Shown piece by piece: positions 34,300-47,397 of a DNA stretch of 64,000 nt. Each line of letters begins with the position of its first letter. The first letter of the stretch is position 1. Made by a program: the position numbers and the translations under genes. Origin of the DNA: Candidatus Rokuibacteriota bacterium (GTDB lineage Bacteria > Methylomirabilota > Methylomirabilia > Rokubacteriales > CSP1-6). Location of the stretch: positions 52,394-116,393 of the forward strand of contig JAUSJX010000141.1 in assembly GCA_030647435.1 (NCBI GenBank), read 5' to 3'. The notes under the pieces were generated by a model. The model ran no database searches and was not told the origin of the DNA. It was given only the letters and a program-made list of their open reading frames with translations.

Positions 34300-35057
34300 G
34301 CCCCGAAGTAGATCTCGGTCAACGCCGGGTCGCGCGTGATCTGCTCGGCCCGGCCCCGCGCCATGACGCGCCCCTGGTGGAGGAAGACGACTTCGTCCGA
34401 CAGCTGCGAGATCAGCTCCATGTTGTGCTCGATGAGGAGCACGGTCTTGCCGTGCTCGACAAGGCGGCGAACCATCGGCACGATCTTCTGGAGGGAGTCG
34501 GTATCGAGCCCCGAGGTGGGCTCGTCGAGCAGCAGGATCTCGGCGTTGGTGGCGAAGATGCGCGCCATCGAGAGAAGCTTCTGCTCGGGGTAGGCCAGGT
34601 CCTCGGCCAGCTCGTGGGCGCGGCCGGCCAGGGCGAAGAAATGCAGCACCTCCATGGCGCGCTCGCGCGCGGCGGCCTCCTCGGCGCGCACGCGCCCCGG
34701 GCGCAGGAAGAGCGTCAAGACGTTCTCTCCGAGCGGCGTCCGGCAGCCCAGCAGCACGTTCTCGAGCACGGTCATCTTGCCCCAGAGCCTGAGGTGCTGG
34801 AAGGTGCGCACGACGCCGCGCGCCTCGACCTGGTGGGGGGCGAGCCCCAGGAGCTCCTCGCCCTTGTAGCGGATCGAGCCGCCGTCGGCGCGCAGGAAGC
34901 CGGTGATCAGGTTGAACACCGTGGTCTTCCCCGCCCCGTTCGGGCCGATGAGGCCCGTGATCAGGCCGGGCGGCACTTCGAAGCTGCACTCCTCCACGGC
35001 GTGGATACCGCCGAAGGCCTTGGACACCTTCTCGATCGTCATGATGGGCGCGGCCAT
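34296..35057 (-). CDS. livG: ABC ATP-binding protein (LivG-like)
   Basis: 253 aa. GPNGAGKTTVFN, LAYPEQKLLSMA, LLLDEPTSGL. Confidence 0.9.
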   Translation of the reverse strand: MAAPIMTIEKVSKAFGGIHAVEECSFEVPPGLITGLIGPNGAGKTTVFNLITGFLRADGGSIRYKGEELLGLAPHQVEARGVVRTFQHLRLWGKMTVLENVLLGCRTPLGENVLTLFLRPGRVRAEEAAARERAMEVLHFFALAGRAHELAEDLAYPEQKLLSMARIFATNAEILLLDEPTSGLDTDSLQKIVPMVRRLVEHGKTVLLIEHNMELISQLSDEVVFLHQGRVMARGRAEQITRDPALTEIYFGA

Positions 35058-35065
35058 GGGCGGCC

Positions 35066-35944
35066 TCAGGCGCTCTTGGCCCGCGCGCGGCCCAGGATGC
35101 CCTCGGGGCGCACGAACATGAAGAGGATGAGGAGCCCGCCGTAGAGGATCTGGCGCATGGGCGCCGCCACCGTGTCGGGAATGGCCAGGAACTTGAGCGC
35201 CTCCGGCACGGCCAGCAGGATGAAAGCGCCCACGACAGGCCCGGCCAGACGCTCGGTGCCGCCCAGGATAACGAGGGACATGATGAAGATGGACTCGTCG
35301 AGGGTGAACGAGCTCGGGTTGATATAGGTGATGTAGTGCGCGTAGAGGCTGCCGCCCAGCGCCCCCAGCGCCGAGGAGATGGTGGTGATGACGATCTTGA
35401 CGAGCACCACGTTTTTGCCCGTGGCCTGCGCGGCGATCTCGTCCTCGCGCACGGCGCGCAGCGTCCGGCCGAAGGCCGAGCCGGTCAGCCGGCGGCAGAT
35501 GGCGTACGTCAGCGCCGCCAGCGCCAGCGAGAGGACCACGTACTTGAACGGGTTGTCGATCACGAGCCCGAAGACGCGCGGCCGCGGGATGCCGGCCAGC
35601 CCCGCATGTCCGTTGGTCAGGTCGGTCCAGTTCATGAACACGGTCAGGATCACGACCTGGAGGCCGAACGAGGCGACGATGTAGTAGTCGCCCGCGACGC
35701 GGAGCGACGGGATGCCCACGAGCGCCGCTGCGCAGGCGCCCGCGACGGCGGCGACCACGAGCCCACCCCAGAAGCCCAGCCCCAGCTTGAGGGCCACGAG
35801 CGCCGAGGCGTAGGCCCCGATGCCGTAGACGGCCGCGTGCGCCAGCGAGAAAATGCCCGCGTAGCCCACCAGCAGGTTGAGCGAGACGGCGAGGATCGTG
35901 TAGATGCCCACCATCACGAGATAGTGGGCGACGTAGGCCGCCAC
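35066..35944 (-). CDS. livM: ABC permease (LivM-like)
   Basis: GTG at 35944, 1 nt after the livH-like stop. VAAYVAHYLVMVGIYTILAVSLNLLVGYAGIFSLAHAAVYGIGAY. Confidence 0.8.
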   Translation of the reverse strand: MAAYVAHYLVMVGIYTILAVSLNLLVGYAGIFSLAHAAVYGIGAYASALVALKLGLGFWGGLVVAAVAGACAAALVGIPSLRVAGDYYIVASFGLQVVILTVFMNWTDLTNGHAGLAGIPRPRVFGLVIDNPFKYVVLSLALAALTYAICRRLTGSAFGRTLRAVREDEIAAQATGKNVVLVKIVITTISSALGALGGSLYAHYITYINPSSFTLDESIFIMSLVILGGTERLAGPVVGAFILLAVPEALKFLAIPDTVAAPMRQILYGGLLILFMFVRPEGILGRARAKSA

Positions 35945-35945
35945 G

Positions 35946-36830
35946 TCAGATCTCCGCAGAGTGGATCGTGCGGCCGAAGAAGCCGCGCGGCCGTACGAGG
36001 ATGAAGACGAGGAAGACGCCGAAGCTGATGGCCGACTGCCACTCCGACGGCAGCTTCCATATGCCGAGGTTCTCCAGCAGGCCCAGGAAGAGGCCGCCGA
36101 GCATCGCCCCCGGGATCGAGCCGATGCCGCCCATGATGACGCCCACCGAGGCCAGCAGCACGAACCGCGTGCCGCGGAACGGCTCGGCGCCCACGTCCAT
36201 GGCGACCAGGATGCCGGCGGGCGCGGAGATGGCCGAGCCGATGGCGTAGGTGAGGAGGTGGACCTTCCCCAGGTTGATGCCCACGGTGCGCGCCATCTCC
36301 GGGCTGCTCGACACGGCACGGATGGCCTGGCCCCACCGGGACCACTTGAGGAAGGCCGCCAACAGCCCGTAGCCGGCGACGACGAGGACGACCGTCAGGA
36401 TGTGCAGGTAGGTGAGGAAGACGGGCCCGATGATGACGGCGGTGCTGAGCGAGCCGATGTCCATCCGCATGGGATCGGGCGTGAAGACGATGGCAAGCAC
36501 GTTCTCCAGCACGATCAGGAGCCCCAGCGAGGAGATGAAGATGCTCGTGCGGAATGCGCCGCGCTTCTCGAGCTGCTGGTAGACGAGAAGGTCGATCAGG
36601 AGCCCGGTGGCGGCCGCCGCCAGGACGGCGGCGGCGACCGCCGCGAGCAGGGGCAGGTGCAGGAGCTTCTGCCCGACGTAGGCGTAGTAGGCCGCCAGCG
36701 CGAAGACCGCGCCGTGGGCCACATGGAAGTGCAGCGTCGTCCCGTAGATCAGCCCCCAGCCGAGCGCGCAGAGGGCGTAGAGGCTGCCCACCACGAGCCC
36801 GGTGGCGAGGAGCTGGAGGACGAGGTCCAC
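35946..36830 (-). CDS. livH: ABC permease (LivH-like)
   Basis: 294 aa, polytopic. MDLVLQLLATGLVVGSLYALCALGWGLIYGTT. Confidence 0.85.
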   Translation of the reverse strand: MDLVLQLLATGLVVGSLYALCALGWGLIYGTTLHFHVAHGAVFALAAYYAYVGQKLLHLPLLAAVAAAVLAAAATGLLIDLLVYQQLEKRGAFRTSIFISSLGLLIVLENVLAIVFTPDPMRMDIGSLSTAVIIGPVFLTYLHILTVVLVVAGYGLLAAFLKWSRWGQAIRAVSSSPEMARTVGINLGKVHLLTYAIGSAISAPAGILVAMDVGAEPFRGTRFVLLASVGVIMGGIGSIPGAMLGGLFLGLLENLGIWKLPSEWQSAISFGVFLVFILVRPRGFFGRTIHSAEI

Positions 36831-36851
36831 GGCGCGGCCGGCCTCCCGCGC

Positions 36852-37976
36852 CTAGGGGTTGGCCTTGAGGGTCTTCTCCACCTCGACCTTCCCGCCCTTG
36901 AGCACGCCCACCTCGATGTCCATGATGGCGGCGTGGTTGGGCTGGAAGACGAGCTTGCCCGAAATCGTGTCGAAGGCCTTGAGCGACTCGATGGCGTTCT
37001 TGACCCCCTCGCCGTCGAGCTTGCCGCCGCTCTTCTTCATCGCCTCCTCGGCCGCGCGGGCGAAGATCTTCGTGCCGCTGTAGTACTGGACCGCGAAGAA
37101 GCCCGCGTCGGTCTTGTACCTGTCCTTGAACTTGCGGGCGAAGGGCGAGTCGGGATTGAAGGGCAGGCGTGTGACCAGCATCCCTTCCGCGCCCTTGGAC
37201 TTGAACACCTCCGGAATCAGGATCCAGGAGGTCGCTGCCATGGGGAGCGTGATGCCGAGCTCGCGGGCCTGATCCGCGATGATGGCCACGTTGCGCCCGT
37301 AGGAGGAGATGAACAGGAGGTCGCCGCCCGCGGCCTTGAGCTTGGCCAGCTGGGCGCGGAAGTCGTTGCCGTCGAGCGCCACCTGCTCCTCGGCCAGCAC
37401 GCGGCCGCCGTCCGCGGTGAACTTCCCGCGGAAGGTCTTCGCCGCGTTGCGGCCTGCCTCGTCGTTGGCCACGATCACGACCGCCGCCTTGAACTTCTTC
37501 TCCTTGGTCAGCCAGTCGGCCAGCACGCCGACCTCGTTGGAGACAACGGGGATGTTGTTGTAGAGGTACTCCTTGTTGGCCAGGTTGTCGGACTGGCCGC
37601 CGCCGTTCATCATCACGACTTTGTTCTGGGCGCCGATGGGCTGGATCGCCAGCGTGGGCGCGGAGTACGAGGTGAGCGTGAAGGGGACCTTCTCGACCTC
37701 GACGAGGCGCCGCATGCCGTTGACGGCCTTGGAGGCGTCGGCCGCGTGGTCCTCGTAGATCACCTCGAGCTTCCGGCCGCCGATCCCGCCGGCCGCGTTG
37801 ATCTCCTCCGTGGCCATCTCGGCGCCGCCCTTCATCCAGACGCCGTACGAGGCGCCCGAGCCGGTGAGCGGCAGGATGGCGCCGATCTTGACGGGCGGCT
37901 GCTGCGCATGGGCGGCCGCTGCCAGGGCAAGGGCAAGGGCAAGAACAGCGGTGAGGACGGGCACACGCTTGAGCAT
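36852..37976 (-). CDS. Liv/HAAT-family substrate-binding protein
   Basis: ATG at 37976 is preceded by AAGGAGG. Signal peptide MLKRVPVLTAVLALALALAAAAHA, then VKIGAILPLTGSGASYG. Confidence 0.85.
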   Translation of the reverse strand: MLKRVPVLTAVLALALALAAAAHAQQPPVKIGAILPLTGSGASYGVWMKGGAEMATEEINAAGGIGGRKLEVIYEDHAADASKAVNGMRRLVEVEKVPFTLTSYSAPTLAIQPIGAQNKVVMMNGGGQSDNLANKEYLYNNIPVVSNEVGVLADWLTKEKKFKAAVVIVANDEAGRNAAKTFRGKFTADGGRVLAEEQVALDGNDFRAQLAKLKAAGGDLLFISSYGRNVAIIADQARELGITLPMAATSWILIPEVFKSKGAEGMLVTRLPFNPDSPFARKFKDRYKTDAGFFAVQYYSGTKIFARAAEEAMKKSGGKLDGEGVKNAIESLKAFDTISGKLVFQPNHAAIMDIEVGVLKGGKVEVEKTLKANP

Positions 37977-38092
37977 CGCAGGAGCCTCCTTGTTCACATG
38001 GCAGAACGGTTGGTCACGCCGCGGCAGCCGGAGCCTAGCGGCTCGGCCGGGGAAAGTCAAACCACTGGCGCCCGAGGAGGGCTGTCACCCGT

Positions 38093-38860
38093 CTAAACCA
38101 CGCTCGCCATGCCGCCGTCGAAGTTGATGGCCGTGCCGGTGATGAACGCGGCGCGCGCCGAGACCAGGAAGGCCACGAGGTCGGCGAATTCTTCGGCTTC
38201 GCCAACGCGCCCGATGGGCACGCGCTTGGCGATGTCCTTGTAGAAGGCGTCGAGGTCGCCCTTGGCGCGGCGCTCCCACTGGGCGCTCTTGACCAGCCCG
38301 ATACAGATCGTGTTCACGAGGATCTTGTCCGCCGCGTACTCGTTGGCGAGGGACTTGGTCAGGTTGATCCCGGCCGCGCGAGAGACGCTGGTCGGCAGCC
38401 CGCGGGCGGCCGGGGTCTTCGCGCCCAGGTTGGTGACGTTGATGATGCGCCCGCCGCCGCGCTTCTTCATGTGCGGGATGGAGAGCCGGCACAGGCGCAC
38501 CGCCGACAACAGCTTGAGCTCCAGGTCGTGCACCCAGGCGTCGTCGTCCACCGCCTCGAAGGACGCGGCGGCCGAGGTGCCGGCGTTGTTGACGAGGATG
38601 TCCACCCCGCCCCACTCGCGCACGACCTCGCCGACGAATTTCTCGATCTGGTCCGCCTGGGTGACATCGACCGAGCGTGCCAGCACCTGCCCGCCCGCCG
38701 CGCGTATGCCCACCGCCGTGCTCTCGAGCACGTCGGGCCGCCGCGCGCAGATGGCCACGCGCGCCCCTTCGGCGGCGAGTCTCTGGGCGGCCGCGCGCCC
38801 GAGCCCTTCGCTTCCGCCCGTGATGATGGCCACCTTGCCGCCGAGTCCGAGATCGAGCAT
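38093..38860 (-). CDS. SDR family oxidoreductase
   Basis: ATG at 38860 (MLDLGLGGKVAIITGGSEGLGRA). The canonical YxxxK is not obvious in the expected position (reads TSVSRAAG). Confidence 0.75.
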   Translation of the reverse strand: MLDLGLGGKVAIITGGSEGLGRAAAQRLAAEGARVAICARRPDVLESTAVGIRAAGGQVLARSVDVTQADQIEKFVGEVVREWGGVDILVNNAGTSAAASFEAVDDDAWVHDLELKLLSAVRLCRLSIPHMKKRGGGRIINVTNLGAKTPAARGLPTSVSRAAGINLTKSLANEYAADKILVNTICIGLVKSAQWERRAKGDLDAFYKDIAKRVPIGRVGEAEEFADLVAFLVSARAAFITGTAINFDGGMASVV

Positions 38861-39052
38861 TGGGGTCTCCTTACTCTGTAGGCACATCCGGTGTCGCCGC
38901 CATGCCGGGCCCCTATGGGTCGTACCAGGGGGCCGTCCCGGAGGCGGTCACGCCTGCCACGAGCGCGATTATCCTACACGTTCTCATTTCTTGCTGGCGG
39001 CAGAGGCGGGGGCTATCCTGTTTGCCTCGATCCAACCGAGGAGAGCCCTCCC

Positions 39053-40111
39053 ATGAAGCTGCGGCTGACTTTCGGCATCTTCCCCAAGCTCCTGCTGACC
39101 ATGCTTGTGGTGACGCTGATCCCGCTGGGCGCCATCTGGTACCTCGACTACCGCGCCGAATCGGAGAGCCTCTCGCGTCAGATCGAGCAGCGCCTGAGCA
39201 GCCAGGCGGACACCATGGTCGGCTACGTGGATGCGTGGGTGGACATGAACGTGCGCATGCTGCGACAGAACGCGGCCCTCGACGACATGTCCTCGATGGA
39301 CGCGAAGAAGCAGAAACCGCTCCTGCGCGCCATCGTCGCCGAGTACAAGTGGGTCTACCTCGCCTTCACCATCGCCCCCGACGGCAACAACATCGGGCGG
39401 AACGACGAGGAGGCGCCGCGCTTCTACGGCGACCGGGGCTACTTCAAGCAGGCCATCGAGGGGCGCCAGGTGGGCCAGGAGGTCGTCATCAGCCGCACGA
39501 CGGGACAGCCCGCCGCCATCCTCTCGGTGCCGGTCTGGCGGCTCGACAAGGTCGTGGGCGTGCTCGCGGCGGGCACGAGCGTCACCGACGTCAGCACCAC
39601 CATCACCAACGTGAAGATCGGCCAAAGCGGCTTCGTCTTCCTCGTGGACGACCAGGGCAAGGTCATCGCGCACCCGAGCGCGCGCGACAGCCTCAAGGCC
39701 CACCCCGCCGTCGCGGGGCTGGGCGCGGAGCCCAAGAGGCAGATCATCTTCGCGGAAGCCTCGCGCAAGCGGGTCATCGCCGTCGCCGAGAAGACGAAGT
39801 ACGGCTGGACGCTCGTCGCCCTGCAGGACTACGACGAAGCCTACGCGCCTCTCGCCCTGGCCAACCGCAACGCGCTGATCCTGCTCGGCATCACGGTGCT
39901 CTTCGTTCTCCTGGTCTCCTACGCGCTGGCTAGCGGGCTGACCCAGCCCATCCGGAGGCTGACGCAGATCGCCGACGGGATCAGCCGCGGCAACCTGGGC
40001 GCCCGCATCGTCGAGACCAAGCGCTCAGACGAAATCGGCAGCCTCGCCCGTGCCATCGAGCGCCTGCGGGCGAGCGTCAAGCTGGCCGTGGAGCGGCTCG
40101 GCACCCGGTAG
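39053..40111 (+). CDS. Membrane sensor with an extracytoplasmic Cache-like domain and a HAMP domain but no output domain
   Basis: ATG at 39053. TM1 LLLTMLVVTLIPLGAIWYL. Cache-like FYGDRGYFKQA...ISRTTGQPAAILSVPV...IGQSGFVFLVDDQGKVIAHPS. TM2 LILLGITVLFVLLVSYALA. HAMP PIRRLTQIADGISRGNLGARI...EIGSLARAIERL. Stop about 10 codons later. Confidence 0.75.
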   Translation: MKLRLTFGIFPKLLLTMLVVTLIPLGAIWYLDYRAESESLSRQIEQRLSSQADTMVGYVDAWVDMNVRMLRQNAALDDMSSMDAKKQKPLLRAIVAEYKWVYLAFTIAPDGNNIGRNDEEAPRFYGDRGYFKQAIEGRQVGQEVVISRTTGQPAAILSVPVWRLDKVVGVLAAGTSVTDVSTTITNVKIGQSGFVFLVDDQGKVIAHPSARDSLKAHPAVAGLGAEPKRQIIFAEASRKRVIAVAEKTKYGWTLVALQDYDEAYAPLALANRNALILLGITVLFVLLVSYALASGLTQPIRRLTQIADGISRGNLGARIVETKRSDEIGSLARAIERLRASVKLAVERLGTR

Positions 40112-40126
40112 GCCGCAGGCGGCGCG

Positions 40127-40741
40127 ATGAGCCCCACGCAGGCACCCATGTCCTACCGCCAGCTGATGACCGAGCTGGGCGCGCTGTGCGCCGCGAAGCG
40201 CACGGGCACCATGTTCATCGCCACCACGGACAACCACTCGGCGCGCATCGGATTGAGGCAGGGCGACATCGTCTCGCTGGTCTTCCGCACTCAGCGGGGT
40301 CTCGAAGCGCTCGACCACATCCGCAAGATCACGGCGGGACGCTTCAGCTTCTCCGATGCGGTGGTGGACAAGGGAACGTACGCCGACCTGCCCCACACGG
40401 CCGACCTGCTCGCGCTGCTGGTAGGCGAGGAGTCGCCGCTGCCTCCGCCGGCCCCCGCTCCCCCGCTTGCCGCCGCGCCGCGCGCTCCCGCGCCCGCCGC
40501 CGCGCAGCCGATCGACAACCCGCAGCTGGCGAGGGCGCAGGCGGTGATCGAGTCGGAGCTGACCGAGTTCGTCGGCCCCATCGCGCCACTGCTCTGCCGC
40601 GAGCACATCGCGCGTGCGGCCGCGGCGGGGCCGCCCTGGGACTGGGGCGAGCTGGTGGAGGCCGTGGCGCGCGAGATCGGCGACCGCGGCAAGGAAGACC
40701 GCTTCAAGCAGCAGGCGCTAGCGCGCCTCCGCGACCGCTAG
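40127..40741 (+). CDS. DUF4388 (PATAN-like) domain protein with a Pro/Ala-rich linker and a C-terminal helical region
   Basis: 204 aa. LCAAKRTGTMFIATTDNHSARIGLRQGDIVSLVFRTQRGLEALDHIRKITAGRFSFSD resembles DUF4388. The TAG stop is the first 3 nt of repeat copy B. Confidence 0.55.
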   Translation: MSPTQAPMSYRQLMTELGALCAAKRTGTMFIATTDNHSARIGLRQGDIVSLVFRTQRGLEALDHIRKITAGRFSFSDAVVDKGTYADLPHTADLLALLVGEESPLPPPAPAPPLAAAPRAPAPAAAQPIDNPQLARAQAVIESELTEFVGPIAPLLCREHIARAAAAGPPWDWGELVEAVAREIGDRGKEDRFKQQALARLRDR

Positions 40742-40886
40742 CAGGCCTCTGGCTACGGCCGAAGGCGGCTGAGAAGGGTCCAGATGCGAGGCGGCGCCCG
40801 AAGGCCGCACGCGAGGCGTACTCCCTGTACGTTGAGCGTGCGGCCGAGGGCACCAACGAAGCAGATGGGCCCTTATCGGCCGCCTG

Positions 40887-40889
<3 letters not shown>
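40739..40889. repeat. Palindromic MITE/REP-like element, copy B (short form with extra sequence at the left end)
   Basis: TAGCAGGCC...GAGAAGGGTCCAGATGCGAGGCGGCGCCCGAAGGCCGCACGCGAGGCGTAC...GCAGATGGGCCCTTATCGGCCGCCTGCTA. Confidence 0.85.
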
Positions 40890-42563
<1,674 letters not shown>

Positions 42564-42658
42564 AGGGTCTGGATTATACCGGGCGCCCCGTGGTTTTCAT
42601 TGACAAACCGCCCCGGCCCCTCTATAAACAGGCCCCAACCCATGCATCCCCTGGAGCA

Positions 42659-44172
<1,514 letters not shown>

Positions 44173-44189
44173 CGGGAACCGGAGACCGC

Positions 44190-45071
44190 ATGGACACGTT
44201 TCTTCAGCAGGTGGTGTCGGGGCTCGCGACGGGTGGCATCTATGCCAGCCTGGCCCTGGCTCTCGTCATGATCTACCAGGCGACCGACGTAGTGAACTAC
44301 GCACAAGGTGAGATGGCCATGTTCAGCACCTACCTCGCGTGGTCGATGCTGAACCACGGGGTGCCCTACTGGGCCGCCTTCTTCGCGACGGTGGCGCTCG
44401 CTTTCCTGGGGGGCCTCCTGATCCACCGAATCGTCATCCGCCCGGTCCAGAATGCTCCCGTGCTCACCATCGTCATCGTCTGCATCGGGCTCCTGACCAT
44501 CTTCAACAGCCTCGCCGGCTGGATCTACTCCTACATCATCCAGCCCTTCCCGAGCCCCTTCCCCAAGGAGCCGATCAAACTCGGGCGCATCGTCTTCAGC
44601 CCGCACGAACTGGGCGCCATCGGCGTCACCTTGATCATGCTCTTTCTCATCTGGGTCTTCTTCCGCTTCACCACGCTGGGGCTCGCCATGCGCGCCGCCG
44701 CCCAGAACCCGGCCTCGAGCCGCCTCTGTGGCATCCGCGTGTCCTGGATGCTGGCGCTCGGCTGGGGGCTGGCGGCCCTCGTGGGCGCGGTCGCCGGCAT
44801 GATGGTGGCGCCCGTCATCTTCCTCGAACCCAACATGATGGGCGGCATCCTGATCTACGCCTTCGCCTCGGCGACGCTCGGCGGCTTCACGAGCCCGGTC
44901 GGCGCGGTGATCGGCGGCTTCCTGGTCGGCGTCATGGAGAATCTGGCGGGCACCTACATCTCCTTCATCGGCACGAGCCTGAAGCTCACCGTCGCGCTCG
45001 CGCTCATCATCGTCGTGCTGCTCGTTCGGCCGAGCGGACTCCTCGGCCGCGCCGTGATCCACCGGGTCTAG
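44190..45071 (+). CDS. livH: ABC permease (LivH-like)
   Basis: 293 aa. MDTFLQQVVSGLATGGIYASLALALVMIYQATDVVNYAQGEM. Confidence 0.85.
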   Translation: MDTFLQQVVSGLATGGIYASLALALVMIYQATDVVNYAQGEMAMFSTYLAWSMLNHGVPYWAAFFATVALAFLGGLLIHRIVIRPVQNAPVLTIVIVCIGLLTIFNSLAGWIYSYIIQPFPSPFPKEPIKLGRIVFSPHELGAIGVTLIMLFLIWVFFRFTTLGLAMRAAAQNPASSRLCGIRVSWMLALGWGLAALVGAVAGMMVAPVIFLEPNMMGGILIYAFASATLGGFTSPVGAVIGGFLVGVMENLAGTYISFIGTSLKLTVALALIIVVLLVRPSGLLGRAVIHRV

Positions 45072-45074
45072 GGC

Positions 45075-46091
45075 ATGCCTGACACGGCGGGCGCGGCGGG
45101 GGTGACGGTGGTCAAGGCGGCGACCGCGGCCGAGCGCCGCCCGAGTACCAGCCGGCTGGTCGGCCTGGGGCTCCTGCTGGCGGCCGCCTGCCTCCTGCCC
45201 TTCTCGCTGAGCCCCTTTCTCGTGTTCCAGTTCACCCAGGTGCTCGTCTACGCGATGGCGCTGCTCGGACTCAACATGCTGACGGGCTACAACGGCCAGA
45301 TCTCGCTCGGGCACGGCGCCTTCTTCGCGCTCGGCGCCTATACGACGGCCATCATGATCGACCGCTGGCACGTGCCCTATGGCTGGACGCTGCCGGTGGC
45401 GGGGGTGATCTGCCTCGTCGTGGGCTTCCTCTTCGGCATCCCGGCGCTCCGACTGGAAGGACTTTATCTGGCGCTCGCCACCTTCGCGCTGGCGCTGGCC
45501 GTGCCCCAGATCCTCAAGTACTTCGACGGATGGACCGGGGGCTCGCAGGGGATCGTCCTCTCCAAGCCCAAGGCGCCGTGGGGCCTGCGGCTCAACCCCG
45601 ACCAGTGGCTCTACTTCCTTGCGCTCTTCGTGGCTGTCGTCCTCTTCGCGCTCGCGTGGAACCTCCTGCGCGGGCGCATCGGGCGGGCCATCGTCGCCAT
45701 CCGCGACAACCCCATCGCCGCGGAGGCGATGGGCATCAACAGCGCGCTCTACAAGTCGCTGATCTTCGGCGTGAGCGCGGCCTACACCGGCATCGCCGGC
45801 GCAATAAGCGCGCTGGCGGTCGCCTTCGTCGCCCCCGATACCTACAACGTGTTCCTGTCTATCACGTTCCTCGTCGGCATCGTGATCGGGGGGCTCGCCT
45901 CGATCTCGGGAGCGATCTACGGCGGCTTCTTCACCCAGTTCGTCCCGAACTACGCACAGACCATCTCCAAGGCCGCGCCGTGGGCCATCTACGGCGTCGT
46001 GCTCATCGCCTGCATGTACGTCATGCCGCGCGGGGTCGCCGGCACACTCCGGCTGCTCTGGGCGCGCATGCGGCAGCGCGGGCGGGGCTAA
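45075..46091 (+). CDS. livM: ABC permease (LivM-like)
   Basis: 338 aa. VLVYAMALLGLNMLTGYNGQISLGHGAFFALGAY. Confidence 0.85.
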   Translation: MPDTAGAAGVTVVKAATAAERRPSTSRLVGLGLLLAAACLLPFSLSPFLVFQFTQVLVYAMALLGLNMLTGYNGQISLGHGAFFALGAYTTAIMIDRWHVPYGWTLPVAGVICLVVGFLFGIPALRLEGLYLALATFALALAVPQILKYFDGWTGGSQGIVLSKPKAPWGLRLNPDQWLYFLALFVAVVLFALAWNLLRGRIGRAIVAIRDNPIAAEAMGINSALYKSLIFGVSAAYTGIAGAISALAVAFVAPDTYNVFLSITFLVGIVIGGLASISGAIYGGFFTQFVPNYAQTISKAAPWAIYGVVLIACMYVMPRGVAGTLRLLWARMRQRGRG

Positions 46092-46114
46092 CCACACAGC
46101 AACAGGAGGACACC

Positions 46115-47320
46115 ATGAAGAGACTCGCACTGATTCTGGCGCTCCTGGCAGCGCTCGGGCTGCCGGCCTCGCAGGCGCAGGCGGCCGACCCCGGCGTGAC
46201 CGCGACGGAGATCAAGATCGGCCACACCAACCCGTACAGCGGCGGCGCCTCGGCGTACGGCACCATCGGCAAGGCCATCGGCGCCTACTTCAAGAAGGTC
46301 AACGAGGAGGGCGGCATCAACGGGCGCAAGATCAACTTCATCAGCTACGACGACGGCTACAGCCCGCCCAAGACCGTGGAGATGGTGCGCAAGCTGGTCG
46401 AGCAGGACCAGGTGCTGTTGGTCTTCCAGCCGCTTGGCACGCCGTCAAACACGGCTATCCAGAAGTACCTGAACGAGCAGAACGTGCCCCATCTCTTCGT
46501 GGCCACGGGCGCCACCAAGTGGGGCAACCCGAAGGACTTCCCGTGGACCATGGGCTGGCAGCCGAACTACCAGACCGAGGGAAAGATCTACGCGGCCTAC
46601 CTGCTCAAGAACATCCCCAACGCAAAGGTCGGCATCCTCCTCCAGAACGACGACTACGGCAAGGACTACGTCAAGGGCTTCAAGGACGGGCTGGGCGACG
46701 CCGCCAAGAAGCTCATCGTGATGGAGCAGACCTACGAGGTGACGGACCCCACGGTGGACTCCCAGATCGTCAACCTCAAGGGCAGCGGCGCCAACGTCTT
46801 CTTCAACGTGACGACACCAAAGTTCGCGGCGCAGGCCATCAAGAAGGCGCACGAGATCGGCTGGAAGCCGGTGCACTTCGTAAACAACGTGTCGGCCTCG
46901 GTGGGCGCCGTGCTCAAGCCGGCCGGGCTCGACGCCTCCAAGGACCTGATCACGGTCCTGTACTTCAAGGATCCGACCGATCCCCAGTGGAAGAACGACA
47001 AGGGCTACAAGGACTGGCTCGCCTTCATGCAGAAGTACTACCCGGACGGGAACGTGACGGACGGCTTCAACGTCTACGGCTACTTAGTGGCGCAGACCCT
47101 GGTCCACGTGCTCAAGCAGAGCGGCAACGACCTCTCGCGGGCCAACGTGATGAAGCAGGCCGCGAGCATCAAGAACCTCGAGCTACCGATGCTGCTGCCG
47201 GGCATCAAGGTCAACACGAGCCCGACGGACTTCTACCCGATCGAGCAGGAGCAGCTCGCGAAGTTCAACGGCGAAATCTGGCAGCTCTTCGGCGAGATCT
47301 ACGACGCCAGCAAGAAGTAA
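46115..47320 (+). CDS. Liv/HAAT-family substrate-binding protein
   Basis: ATG at 46115 is preceded by AGGAGGA. Signal peptide MKRLALILALLAALGLPASQAQA, then IKIGHTNPYSGGASAYG. Confidence 0.85.
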   Translation: MKRLALILALLAALGLPASQAQAADPGVTATEIKIGHTNPYSGGASAYGTIGKAIGAYFKKVNEEGGINGRKINFISYDDGYSPPKTVEMVRKLVEQDQVLLVFQPLGTPSNTAIQKYLNEQNVPHLFVATGATKWGNPKDFPWTMGWQPNYQTEGKIYAAYLLKNIPNAKVGILLQNDDYGKDYVKGFKDGLGDAAKKLIVMEQTYEVTDPTVDSQIVNLKGSGANVFFNVTTPKFAAQAIKKAHEIGWKPVHFVNNVSASVGAVLKPAGLDASKDLITVLYFKDPTDPQWKNDKGYKDWLAFMQKYYPDGNVTDGFNVYGYLVAQTLVHVLKQSGNDLSRANVMKQAASIKNLELPMLLPGIKVNTSPTDFYPIEQEQLAKFNGEIWQLFGEIYDASKK

Positions 47321-47345
47321 GCGGTCAGCCTGGACCTGAAGCGCG

Positions 47346-47387
47346 ACGGCCGGCGGGGATACCCCCGCCGGCCGTTGTGTTCTTTGG
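47346..47387 (+). terminator. Rho-independent terminator after the third Liv-type operon
   Basis: ACGGCCGGCGGGG (47346-47358), loop ATAC, CCCCGCCGGCCGT (47363-47375), then TGTGTTCTTTGG. Confidence 0.75.
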
Positions 47388-47397
47388 ATCTAAAAGG

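Noticed and set aside
38093-38860. An SDR lacking a canonical YxxxK, as a possible pseudo-enzyme.
   Set aside because: This rests on an eye alignment only and the register may be off. It was not promoted to a finding.
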